Positions 9,655-18,704 of a DNA stretch of 64,000 bases are shown here, piece by piece. The notes beneath the pieces are model-generated. The model was given only the letters and a program-made list of their open reading frames with translations, did no database searches and had not been told where the DNA came from. Source of the DNA: a virus; the IMG/VR virus record IMGVR_UViG_3300033562_002694; one strand, given 5' to 3'. A program made the translations under genes and the position numbers. How positions within the stretch are numbered: position 1 is the stretch's first letter; each line of letters starts with the position of its first letter.

Positions 9655-10371
9655 ATGATAGTATTATCCCCGGGAACAGGAAAAACTATTGAAAGTCCGT
9701 TATCGGCTTTTAATAATTTATTATTACAAATTTCTGATAAACTTGAAGAAATTTATTTACCAAATCAAAAAAAATGTAATTCAAAAAATATTGCGTTTAT
9801 TAATCTTTTATTATTTGAAGAAAAATCAATAACTATTTCAGGTAACATAAAATTGGTTTACCAAAATAATGAAATTGGTATTAAATTTACTGGAACTTTT
9901 AATGATATGAGTTTTATTCAAAAAACAATTGATAATCAAATCGAATTATATCAGATATTTCAAAATTATCTGTATATTGTAGATTCAATGTCAACTAATT
10001 TGGATAATACAATTTCACAAAAACATGTTCAAAGTTTATTTGATCAAATAATTTCCAGAAAAATAGATCCAAACCAATATTTTATTTTGCCTTACAAAAA
10101 TAAAATTAATCATTTGTACGATTCATCAAAAAATGATAAAACTTTGGAAGCGATTTTTAATCGTTATAGTTATGTGATACAATTCAGTACAGAAAATTCA
10201 CAAACATTTCAATACAAATTTTGCCGTGTACTTTCAACAAATCTTAACGAATCAAATTCAATAGAAAATATTAGATTTGATGAAATTGAATTATTGAAAA
10301 AAGATATTATTTCTTTGAGTAAATTACAACATTTTCTTGTTGAACTTTTTTACTATGGTAATCTAAACTAA
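9655..10371 (+). CDS. Hypothetical protein
   Basis: 238-aa ORF in operon. Confidence 0.7.
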   Translation: MIVLSPGTGKTIESPLSAFNNLLLQISDKLEEIYLPNQKKCNSKNIAFINLLLFEEKSITISGNIKLVYQNNEIGIKFTGTFNDMSFIQKTIDNQIELYQIFQNYLYIVDSMSTNLDNTISQKHVQSLFDQIISRKIDPNQYFILPYKNKINHLYDSSKNDKTLEAIFNRYSYVIQFSTENSQTFQYKFCRVLSTNLNESNSIENIRFDEIELLKKDIISLSKLQHFLVELFYYGNLN

Positions 10372-10400
10372 AACTCAATTCACTAAAACTCAAATTAATA

Positions 10401-12290
10401 ATGAAAAATGAAGAAACATATGCGAATTATGCGCCTGAAGAATTAATTGAAACCGAAATAAATGAAATAATTACCGAAGCTGATATAGTTGAAGCCATAA
10501 AAGCTTGTTTGAAAATATCACCATTAATTAATCCAACAAAATCTCTTGTAAATTCAGTTTATGCTGTTGTAAAATCTTTATTTGTTGAAGATAAAAAATA
10601 TGCAATTATTGAAGCTCCGACAGGTTCTGGTAAAACCATAATAGGTTTTATGATTTTTTTCGTAGTTAAATATATTTACGAGAAAAAACAAATAGTTACT
10701 GCTGAAAATACCCAACAACTCGCTTATTCTTTAACATCAGCAAAAATGTTACAAGAACAAATTGATCAGGATTTGGATAGATTTAAATTTCGTGATTCAA
10801 TAACAATGTTGAAAGGAACTGCGAATTATAATTGTATTCCGGAAACAGAAAAATTGAAAAAAAATCCAATAAAGGATGATAATGGAGTTTATCTTAAAAG
10901 AATTTCTTACACTGATAGACCTTGTAAAGGAACAAAGAAAGGTGAACGAGAATCAATATATGCGGATTGTGACCCTATTTGTCCATATCAATTAGCAAGA
11001 TTTGAAGCATCTGAAAAAGCATGTAGTGTTTTGAATTATGCTTATTTTTTGAATATTCGAAGATCATCATTTAATCCATTTTTTGGAACTCGTTTGTTAA
11101 CAATTGGAGATGAAGGACATTTAATTCCTGAAATTGTATGCAATACATTTAATTTTGAATTTAATCAATTTTTATCAAATCAACTTTGGAAACTTATTTC
11201 TGAATTGGAATTAAATTTTGGTTCAAAAGACAATGTGAATGAAGTTAAAGAATTAATTGCGAAAAATTTTAAATTTTTCGCAAAAGAATTGAAAAACCCC
11301 GAAACATTATTCGAATATATTCAAAATTCGGAAACAATTCTTTCTTTCTTGCAAATAATGAAAAAGAATATAAAGTTTCATAATTACCAAACACAAATAA
11401 CGAAAAATATTGGTAGAATTGAAGAAATTTTACAAACTGAAGAAGCTTTTAAAACATTAATTTTGGAAAGACCAGAAGATATTTATTTTGAATCTCTTTT
11501 GATTGCTCATGACAAATTAACAGATTCAAAGGTATTTAAACATATTATTCGTGATTTGTCTGAAGCTCAAATGGTAAGAACTCATTTTTTATCAAAAATA
11601 AATAAAGGGGTTTTTATGTCCGCAACTTTTGGTGATATTGACGAATATGCGATAATGATGGGTATGAAAAAAGAAGAATATATCGCACTTCGATTACCTT
11701 CATTATTTGATTTTGAAAAATCTCCGATTTATCTTTGTAAAAGTGCATATTTGAATTATGCTAATTTTGATAAAAATATTGATAAAGCATTGATGGATAC
11801 TATTAAAATTTGTAACGATTATCATCCAAAAGAAAAAGGAATAATTCATACATCAACATTTAAAATTTGCAATTTGTTAAAAGAAAAAATTAATCTTGGA
11901 CTTGTTTCAGATAAAACAAGATTTTTATTTTATCAAAATGCAGAAGAAAAAGAAAAACTTGTTGATTTAATGAAAAATTCATTAAAACCTTACGTAATTG
12001 TTGGCCCAAGTTTGTACGAAGGACTTGATTTAAAAGATGAACAAGGCCGTTTCAATATTTTAATAAAAGTTCCTTATGCTGGAATGGATGCTTATATCAA
12101 AAAGAAAATAGAAAGATTTCCTTTTTGGTATGAACGAAATACAAAAGAAAAAATTGTTCAAGCAATTGGTAGAACAAATCGACATACATTTGATTATTCA
12201 ACCATATATTTGATTGACAGTGGATTTGATAAGTTAATATATGGAACAAATGAATCCATTATTTCCAGATTAAAAACATTTTTCATTTAA
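10401..12290 (+). CDS. DinG/XPD-family SF2 helicase with Fe-S cluster
   Basis: EAPTGSGKT (Walker A), KGTANYNC..C..C..CPY, LNYAYF, GDEGH, MSATF, QAIGRTNRH. Confidence 0.88.
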   Translation: MKNEETYANYAPEELIETEINEIITEADIVEAIKACLKISPLINPTKSLVNSVYAVVKSLFVEDKKYAIIEAPTGSGKTIIGFMIFFVVKYIYEKKQIVTAENTQQLAYSLTSAKMLQEQIDQDLDRFKFRDSITMLKGTANYNCIPETEKLKKNPIKDDNGVYLKRISYTDRPCKGTKKGERESIYADCDPICPYQLARFEASEKACSVLNYAYFLNIRRSSFNPFFGTRLLTIGDEGHLIPEIVCNTFNFEFNQFLSNQLWKLISELELNFGSKDNVNEVKELIAKNFKFFAKELKNPETLFEYIQNSETILSFLQIMKKNIKFHNYQTQITKNIGRIEEILQTEEAFKTLILERPEDIYFESLLIAHDKLTDSKVFKHIIRDLSEAQMVRTHFLSKINKGVFMSATFGDIDEYAIMMGMKKEEYIALRLPSLFDFEKSPIYLCKSAYLNYANFDKNIDKALMDTIKICNDYHPKEKGIIHTSTFKICNLLKEKINLGLVSDKTRFLFYQNAEEKEKLVDLMKNSLKPYVIVGPSLYEGLDLKDEQGRFNILIKVPYAGMDAYIKKKIERFPFWYERNTKEKIVQAIGRTNRHTFDYSTIYLIDSGFDKLIYGTNESIISRLKTFFI

Positions 12291-12331
12291 ATTGAAAAAG
12301 CCTCAAACAATTTGTTTGAGGCTTTTTCAAT
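12291..12331. terminator. Long perfect terminator hairpin
   Basis: attgaaaaagcctcaaacaa-t-ttgtttgaggctttttcaat. Confidence 0.75.
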
Positions 12332-12364
12332 CTCCGAATTATTAATAATTTTTTTATTTGATTG

Positions 12365-12392
12365 CCTATAACGATTTTAAATAATGGATATA
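12365..12392 (+). promoter_or_regulatory. Phage bipartite promoter-like motif
   Basis: CCTATA-N15-GGATATA. Confidence 0.7.
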
Positions 12393-12423
12393 TAATAAAA
12401 TAATGAAAATTTAAACTATTTTT

Positions 12424-12996
12424 ATGTACACATTTAAAGAAAATGCAATAATATTTTCACTTTTGGAAAATTTAACAATATTTCCAATTGAAAATAAAAA
12501 TTGTCTTCCTGGAACTGATTTGAAAAACGGATTTCATTTAATTCCAATTGATGAAGAAAATAATCAAAACAACTATTCACATCTTTATCGAAATAATCAA
12601 AAAATTTCTGATCTTATTTTCAGGAAAGGTGGAATGTCTATTGGATTTAAAAATGGTTTTTGTATGTTAATTGTTTACAATAAAATTAAAAAAACAAAAA
12701 CAAATCAAACAGGATATGATCAGGGTAATTTCGTAATCATTAATGAAAAAGTTGAAATTTTATTGCAATCAGGAAATAAATTAACCGAATATCCAACTTA
12801 TGTGGATGGAATTATTGCTCACATGAACGATACATTTTATAATCTTTTAACAAAAGAAATAATTTGTGTTGGAAATTCAAAAATCAGAACAGAAGAAAAT
12901 TTGTTTGTTGAAATATATGGAAACAGAGAAAATAATTATAAAACTACTGTTTGCCAAATTTGTTTAAAAACTGGAGAAACAATTTACCATAATTAA
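12424..12996 (+). CDS. Hypothetical protein
   Basis: 190-aa ORF after a promoter motif. Confidence 0.7.
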   Translation: MYTFKENAIIFSLLENLTIFPIENKNCLPGTDLKNGFHLIPIDEENNQNNYSHLYRNNQKISDLIFRKGGMSIGFKNGFCMLIVYNKIKKTKTNQTGYDQGNFVIINEKVEILLQSGNKLTEYPTYVDGIIAHMNDTFYNLLTKEIICVGNSKIRTEENLFVEIYGNRENNYKTTVCQICLKTGETIYHN

Positions 12997-13056
12997 CAAT
13001 AATTATAAACCTTTAAATTTCGCCTACTGAATGAATACAAGTTAAAAAACAACAAC

Positions 13057-13752
13057 ATGAAAAACACAAAAATTCAACGCAAGTTTATTGAAGAAATGAT
13101 GAGGTTAAAAAGAAACCAAATTATTTTGGATAAACAAAAAAGCAAAATCAATATATTTTTGAAATTTAATGAATCCAATTTTATTGGTTATTCACTTATC
13201 ACAAAAAAGTGGACAATAATTTCCGATAAGATTACAACTGATAATTGGAATCCAAAAATTTCGGAAATATTGGATTTCCTTGATAATTACACCCCTTGGG
13301 AAATAAATAATACTATTTTGGAATTTGAAAAAACAAATCAAATATTATTTGGTGAGTTTAATTCAATATTATTACAAAACAAATTTGAATTATTAATGAG
13401 TTTAATGTCTCTTGAAGAAAATCAAATTCAACCATTACTCAAAATAGTTTTAAATGTAAAATTATTGAAAACAGCAGAAAATGTTATTTATGAAATTGCA
13501 TATGTTGAAAAGAAATTTGTTTTCAGCATTGAATTTCCTGATGCTGAGGTTTCAACAAATTGGAATAATTTTACCGAAAAAGATTTGAAAAAAATACTAC
13601 TCGAAGTCAAATATAATGATGCGACAATTTCACTAAACCAAACATTCTCACAATTGAGAATAAAAAAACTACCTAAAAATGAAATTTATTCCTTCGGAAC
13701 CAATTTTGATACCTCAAAATGCGATACCAATCAAAAACAAACCAATTGTTAG
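13057..13752 (+). CDS. Hypothetical protein
   Basis: 231-aa ORF. Confidence 0.65.
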   Translation: MKNTKIQRKFIEEMMRLKRNQIILDKQKSKINIFLKFNESNFIGYSLITKKWTIISDKITTDNWNPKISEILDFLDNYTPWEINNTILEFEKTNQILFGEFNSILLQNKFELLMSLMSLEENQIQPLLKIVLNVKLLKTAENVIYEIAYVEKKFVFSIEFPDAEVSTNWNNFTEKDLKKILLEVKYNDATISLNQTFSQLRIKKLPKNEIYSFGTNFDTSKCDTNQKQTNC

Positions 13753-14497
13753 TTACTGGCAATCAGGTGATCCATGTTTAAAAATTAATGTTTGGAGAAA
13801 TAAACTCACAGATATCAACATATTCAACACGAAATCTTTAAGTGATGAATTTATTGATATCTGTGTGGTTGAAAAACATCGAATTTTTTTACATGTTGTT
13901 ATTACCGGAATGGGTAAAACCTTGTTAGAACCAAAAATAGTTTCTGTAAAAGAAAATTTCAATCAATTAAGAAAACTAATTGCAAAAGGATTTCCACAAA
14001 AACAGATTTTAGTTGTAATTAACCCAATCCTTCCAAACGATAATGGATTAAATGCGTTAAAACTCTTGCTTAGAGTTTTTACGGAGTTTAAACCGTTAAG
14101 ACTTCGTTTTGTTAGGTTTGGGTTATTGCATTATCGTGAAGTTGAAGATAATCCTAATAAGTTTGTAGTTGCCAATTATAATCTTTTGAAACGAGATTCA
14201 ACAAAAATGATTATGCCATATCTTGTTAAAAACGGTAGTTTTTTTAAAGATTATTCGAATTTAATTGACAGTTATGCCCCAATTATTTCAGTGGATAAAG
14301 GAGAAGAACCTTTAATCGGAATACGTGAATTATTACCATTTGGTTATAAAAACGAATGGATAAATATTGACGGAGTTCGAGAAAAAATAATTTATTACGA
14401 AAAAAATAATCGTTTCAAACCAATTGTAAATTTATTATCAGAAAATAATCCTGTTAGATGTGCGAATAGATGTCTTTTATGTTCGTGGAAATATTAA
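13679..14497 (+). CDS. DUF1848-like / radical-SAM-related protein
   Basis: FLHVVITGMGKTLLEP..LRKL..INPI pattern and terminal CANRCLLC (CX3CX2C). Confidence 0.55.
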   Translation: MKFIPSEPILIPQNAIPIKNKPIVSYWQSGDPCLKINVWRNKLTDINIFNTKSLSDEFIDICVVEKHRIFLHVVITGMGKTLLEPKIVSVKENFNQLRKLIAKGFPQKQILVVINPILPNDNGLNALKLLLRVFTEFKPLRLRFVRFGLLHYREVEDNPNKFVVANYNLLKRDSTKMIMPYLVKNGSFFKDYSNLIDSYAPIISVDKGEEPLIGIRELLPFGYKNEWINIDGVREKIIYYEKNNRFKPIVNLLSENNPVRCANRCLLCSWKY

Positions 14498-14535
14498 TTC
14501 TCAAGAAAAATAAAAAAATAAAAAAATATTTCGAA

Positions 14536-14563
14536 CCTATATTATGTTTTTTAAAAGGATATA
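14536..14563 (+). promoter_or_regulatory. Phage bipartite promoter-like motif
   Basis: CCTATA-N15-GGATATA. Confidence 0.7.
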
Positions 14564-14614
14564 TATTATGTGAGTAACATATTAATATGGATATTCAAAT
14601 TAAAAACAAAAATC

Positions 14615-14905
14615 ATGAGTGAACAAAAGATTGAATTAGATTTATCTGCTATTGATTGGAATAAATTATCTATTGCAGATTTCATTCTTTTGGAAAAAGA
14701 TTTGCAAAACAAACATACTTTGATTAAAGCTTCTCAACCAAAAGAAAGAAAATTAATTGGATTTGATTTAATTAAAGTTAAAGGAAAAGTTTATCGGGTT
14801 AAAAAAACAACAATTGACCGTTTGAAAAAAATGAAATCTGATAAATCAAGAGAAAAATTGATTGAAGAAATCATATCAACTCATAACCCTATTGAAACTT
14901 TGTAA
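14615..14905 (+). CDS. Hypothetical basic protein (weak similarity to C-terminus of 14970 and 23398 proteins)
   Basis: Start re-assigned to ATG 14615 because the upstream ATG falls immediately after the promoter motif. Confidence 0.65.
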   Translation: MSEQKIELDLSAIDWNKLSIADFILLEKDLQNKHTLIKASQPKERKLIGFDLIKVKGKVYRVKKTTIDRLKKMKSDKSREKLIEEIISTHNPIETL

Positions 14906-14969
14906 GAAAATTTTAATACCTCAAATAATTATCAATTATTAATTTCAATTACTTTTAAAACAATTTATT

Positions 14970-15533
14970 ATGTCAAAAGAAAAAAATGAACTGACCGAAG
15001 GTCTTGAAGAATCAACATTAAGCGAAGTTACTGAAACAACTGAAACCGCTCAGGAATCAAAACGTAAAGTACAAACTCCTGAAGAACGTGAAACACTTGT
15101 AGCCGGTGCTGAACAATTGAGATCAATTGGTATTTCAGACCGTTTAAGCAAAGTATTGGTACTTGCTGTTGATTGGAACACTCCAAAGGAAACTGTTCAG
15201 CCTGCAAAAGAAGCTCTTATTAAAGAGTTTGGAACATCTGATGCTCTGAAGGATTACGTTGATACCGATTTCCAGAAAGAATTACAACCATTTGCTGGTA
15301 TTGCAAAACTTCTCCCTGTTTTGAATAACATTAAATCTTTTTACGCTCGTCGTGAAAATACCAGTGTTTCAAAGAAGGTTAAATATGTTCAGGCCTCTAT
15401 TTCCGGAACCATTTACAATGTCAATGCCGCTTATATGGCTGAAATTGCAAATCTGCCGAATGCTGAAAAGAAACAACTTCTTCTTGCTCACCCTGATACC
15501 AATTCGGTTGAAGTAATTGAAGAAATTCTTTAA
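14970..15533 (+). CDS. Hypothetical protein, paralog of 23398..24075
   Basis: Acidic N-terminus, shared C-terminal pattern ending IEEIL; codon usage resembles the capsid gene. Confidence 0.8.
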   Translation: MSKEKNELTEGLEESTLSEVTETTETAQESKRKVQTPEERETLVAGAEQLRSIGISDRLSKVLVLAVDWNTPKETVQPAKEALIKEFGTSDALKDYVDTDFQKELQPFAGIAKLLPVLNNIKSFYARRENTSVSKKVKYVQASISGTIYNVNAAYMAEIANLPNAEKKQLLLAHPDTNSVEVIEEIL

Positions 15534-15549
15534 ATCATTAAAATCATTG

Positions 15550-16011
15550 ATTTCCGGCCGCGCCGCAGTCAAATTTATTGTTGATAAATTGTCGCCGATA
15601 TTCGTATCGGCGGCAGTTTAACCAACAAAATTTAGACAGCAATATTTCGGAAATCAATTGCCAACCGTTCAGTTGCTCGGTAATATCCGTGCGAAGATCT
15701 GACGGTTTCTACCAGACCGCTTGGTATTTACGAAATATCCATGCGAAAATCTGGCGCCCGATGGAGTTATTCGAACAAAAGAGCAAATAGTTCGGATTTT
15801 TGTGAAAACAAAAGCTCCACTAAATGCTTGCTCGCAAGTCAATAAAACTTGATTTGTTCTTGTGCTGAGATACTACGCATTTAAGCGTTTATAATAGCAT
15901 AACTAAAATTAATGATTTTCGGATATCAACTGGCCCCGTACTATATCCGGCGCCAGTACCAGCCGCGGTTTTCGCCAATAGGCGGTTATATATACCATAT
16001 CGGCACGAAAT
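15550..16011 (+). ncRNA. Putative large structured non-coding RNA (unassigned)
   Basis: GC-enriched non-coding tract with multiple hairpins (UUCG and GAAA loops), pairing 5'/3' ends and an H-type pseudoknot. Strand inferred from tetraloops and flanking genes. Confidence 0.65.
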
Positions 16012-16306
16012 AATTCGAAAACTTAATTTAAAAATTTAACCCATGTTTTGTTTGGTTTTACCATTCGGGGTAAATTTTTTTAAAAATATTGGTTGATAAA
16101 TTGATTTTTTTGTTCAAAGTATGGAATTTATTCCAAGTAAAAATCGATTCGTTCATATTTTGCTATTTTTGCTAAAATTTTAATTTCCAACCGAAACGTG
16201 AGGAGTCGAAAATGTGGACTGGTTCCGAGTCTCGTCAATGGAAGAATGCGGACAATCAAGAAAAATCTTCCGTGATTGGAGAAAAGTTAAATTTTCTCCA
16301 TTCTAC

Positions 16307-16379
16307 TGTCTGATAGTGTAATCGGTAACACGTCTGATTTTGGTTCAGAAGAGTTCAGGTTCGAGCCCTGATCGGACAA
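16307..16379 (+). tRNA. trnQ: tRNA-Gln (anticodon TTG)
   Basis: Acceptor TGTCTGA/TCGGACA, D arm GTGT/ACAC, anticodon arm TCTGA-TTTTGGT-TCAGA, T arm TCAGG-TTCGAGC-CCTGA; no encoded CCA. Confidence 0.93.
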
Positions 16380-16500
16380 CAAATTTAAATTTGTGCTGAA
16401 TTTGAATTTTTATTGATTATTTGTTTTGTTCTTACTTGAAAGAAAGGGGGTTGTTAATTCAATCCCCTTTTGTTGGTTTAAAAATTTTTTTGTCCGAATG

Positions 16501-16528
16501 CCTATTTTTTAAAAAAATAGTGGATATA
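16501..16528 (+). promoter_or_regulatory. Phage bipartite promoter-like motif
   Basis: CCTATT-N15-GGATATA. Confidence 0.7.
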
Positions 16529-16561
16529 TTATTTATTAATGATATTTAAAATCAACAGATT

Positions 16562-16969
16562 ATGATTAAATTTTACTATGCTATTCAGCCCCAAAAATTG
16601 ATGGATGAATATCTTTTAAAAGAACATTTATATTTATCCATATTGATTGAAAAATTTCAAACCAACAATAATGATTTATCCAAAGAGGAAATATTTTTAC
16701 TTAATCGTCCTTTTTTTACGTTAAAAAGATATTTGCTTTTGTATGAAGAATGTAGGTTAAGGAATTATAGTATATCAAATTATTCTTTAAATTGGAATGT
16801 TTATTCTTCATTTACAAATGAAAATAATTATTTTCCAACAAAAAAAGAATATATTGATCAAATTGAAAAAATAAAAACTTTAATTATTAAATCTGAAAAA
16901 GAATATTTCCTTTATTATAAAGTAACTTTTTCAAAACCCAAAGTACTTGAACTTTTAAATTTCGAATAA
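16562..16969 (+). CDS. Hypothetical protein
   Basis: 135-aa ORF after a promoter motif. Confidence 0.65.
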   Translation: MIKFYYAIQPQKLMDEYLLKEHLYLSILIEKFQTNNNDLSKEEIFLLNRPFFTLKRYLLLYEECRLRNYSISNYSLNWNVYSSFTNENNYFPTKKEYIDQIEKIKTLIIKSEKEYFLYYKVTFSKPKVLELLNFE

Positions 16970-16971
16970 AA

Positions 16972-17241
16972 ATGAAAAAAATATTTTATTTTATTATTCC
17001 ATTTCTATTTATTGGTGCAATATTTCTTAAACCAAAAAAAGAAATATATTACATTAATATTGCAAAAAATAATAATTTCGCAAAAGTATTGATTGTTAAT
17101 ACACAAAATATTGTGATTGAAGAAATTGATTTAATAATTAATGATACTTTACAAATAAAAAAATTGCAAAGTTTATATGAAACCCAGATTGGTTCTGAAA
17201 ACAAAAAACATTTGATTGAAACTTACAAATCTTTAAAATAA
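16972..17241 (+). CDS. Hypothetical protein with N-terminal hydrophobic anchor
   Basis: MKKIFYFIIPFLFIGAIFL signal-like start. Confidence 0.6.
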   Translation: MKKIFYFIIPFLFIGAIFLKPKKEIYYINIAKNNNFAKVLIVNTQNIVIEEIDLIINDTLQIKKLQSLYETQIGSENKKHLIETYKSLK

Positions 17242-17432
17242 GGAATATGGAAATTTCAAATGAATTTTATTCAATTCTTTCCAAATATAAATTTGGAAAA
17301 AATCTTAAAGAATTGAATGGACAAAATTGCTTATGTCTGAATGGGATAAAGACGAACGAGAATATAGGAAATATGCTGAACAAGAAAGAAGAACTGGTGC
17401 TTAAAAATTTTTAAATTCAAATAAACTGAAAA

Positions 17433-17843
17433 ATGGAACATATTGTTGTTAAAATGTTTGAGAAAGAACTGGAAATTGATGTAATTCAGTCAGAAAAAGT
17501 AGGTGAATATATTAGTAATTGGAAAAAATACTTTCCATCGGTTCAATTGAGAATTGATGGTTTTGTTGTTTATTCACCATTTCCTCAAATAAATGTGGAA
17601 AATATTATTCACACGACTATTGGTTTATATAATAGTGGTTCTTTCCTTGTTAATGGTGTTTCATCAATAAATCTTAGTTCACATATTCATTACAATATAA
17701 AAAATAGATTTGGAAGAGCTTTGTTTGTAGACGGTGTTTGTGTTTATGAAGGGAATTTATCAAAAAAAGCTATTGATGATTTTATCAAAAACAAATTACC
17801 AACAATTCCCTTAAAGGAAAAAGATACTCAACCATACAACTAA
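17433..17843 (+). CDS. Hypothetical protein
   Basis: 136-aa ORF. Confidence 0.7.
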   Translation: MEHIVVKMFEKELEIDVIQSEKVGEYISNWKKYFPSVQLRIDGFVVYSPFPQINVENIIHTTIGLYNSGSFLVNGVSSINLSSHIHYNIKNRFGRALFVDGVCVYEGNLSKKAIDDFIKNKLPTIPLKEKDTQPYN

Positions 17844-17880
17844 ATTTTTTGTCAAAACTTACTAACTTCAAATAAAAAAT

Positions 17881-18198
17881 ATGAACACAAAACAATCTGA
17901 ATTTAATTTAGTTATGAGTGCTAATGAAAAATTAATTGATATGTCAAATCAATTAAAAAAAATTGATTCCGTATCCATAAATTTTCAAATGTATGTCCAA
18001 CAATTAAATTTATTATGTGACAGATATGATCCAAACAATCATATATTGGCAATTAATACTGCACAAACAATTTTGTTTAGTTTACTTATTAAATTGAAAA
18101 CAATTAAACATATTGAACAAGTAGACATTAATCGATTCAAAGAAGAATTTTATTATATCAGGGAACAAATTTTAAAATCTTTGGAAAAATATTTGTAA
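17881..18198 (+). CDS. Hypothetical protein
   Basis: 105-aa ORF. Confidence 0.65.
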   Translation: MNTKQSEFNLVMSANEKLIDMSNQLKKIDSVSINFQMYVQQLNLLCDRYDPNNHILAINTAQTILFSLLIKLKTIKHIEQVDINRFKEEFYYIREQILKSLEKYL

Positions 18199-18219
18199 AT
18201 TACTATTGAATAAAATAAT

Positions 18220-18290
18220 TTCAGGCCAAAAATTATTTTTAATTTTTGGCCTGAATGCTTATATTTCCTAAAATTAGTGGATATATTATA
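18220..18290 (+). promoter_or_regulatory. Stem-loop plus promoter module, copy 1
   Basis: Hairpin ttcaggccaaaaatt...aatttttggcctgaa abutting CTTATA-N15-GGATATA (18258..18285). Confidence 0.7.
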
Positions 18291-18302
18291 AAAATAAGAA
18301 AC

Positions 18303-18506
18303 ATGGAAAACACAATAATTCTTCAATTTGTAAAAGAACTACAATCATTTCGGCAGTTCAATCCCGAAGTAATAAAAAAAGCCGAAATATCGAACATTAA
18401 TAATAAATCATCAGAGGAATTTTCTTCCTTAGTTCAAGGATGTTTAGATGGTTCATATGCTGAAGATATTGATTTATTGATTGACGAAACAATTAATCTT
18501 TTGTAA
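18303..18506 (+). CDS. Hypothetical protein
   Basis: Start re-assigned to ATG 18303, downstream of the promoter motif. Confidence 0.6.
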   Translation: MENTIILQFVKELQSFRQFNPEVIKKAEISNINNKSSEEFSSLVQGCLDGSYAEDIDLLIDETINLL

Positions 18507-18509
18507 AAT

Positions 18510-18692
18510 ATGACACACACAGAAGAATCAGCTGAAAAATTAGCGAAATATTATTGTGCTCGTTTTTCTACATTTAAAGAATTACGAAATGCGGCTTTAA
18601 AGAATTTGGTTAATTCGCCTTATGGTCGAATATCAAATGATTATATTAATGCGTTTTGGAATTATGTTCATAATAAACATTTTAAATCTTAA
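18510..18692 (+). CDS. Hypothetical protein
   Basis: 60-aa ORF in tight operon. Confidence 0.55.
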   Translation: MTHTEESAEKLAKYYCARFSTFKELRNAALKNLVNSPYGRISNDYINAFWNYVHNKHFKS

Positions 18693-18704
18693 ACCTTAAA
18701 CTTT

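Noticed and set aside
10401-12290. Type IV CRISPR CasDinG
   Set aside because: No Csf/Cas neighbours or array; the context is replication/repair genes.
15578-15790. 70-aa ORF in the ORF track
   Set aside because: Starts at TTG, has atypical composition and lies wholly within the structured GC-rich tract; probably spurious.
15550-16011. tmRNA, RNase P RNA or group I intron
   Set aside because: No GGGG..TCCACCA tRNA-like ends or ALAA-type tag, no GAGGAAAGUCC P4 motif, and it does not interrupt a gene.
16190-16260. Hammerhead ribozyme (CGAAAC...GUC)
   Set aside because: The required CUGANGA core is absent.
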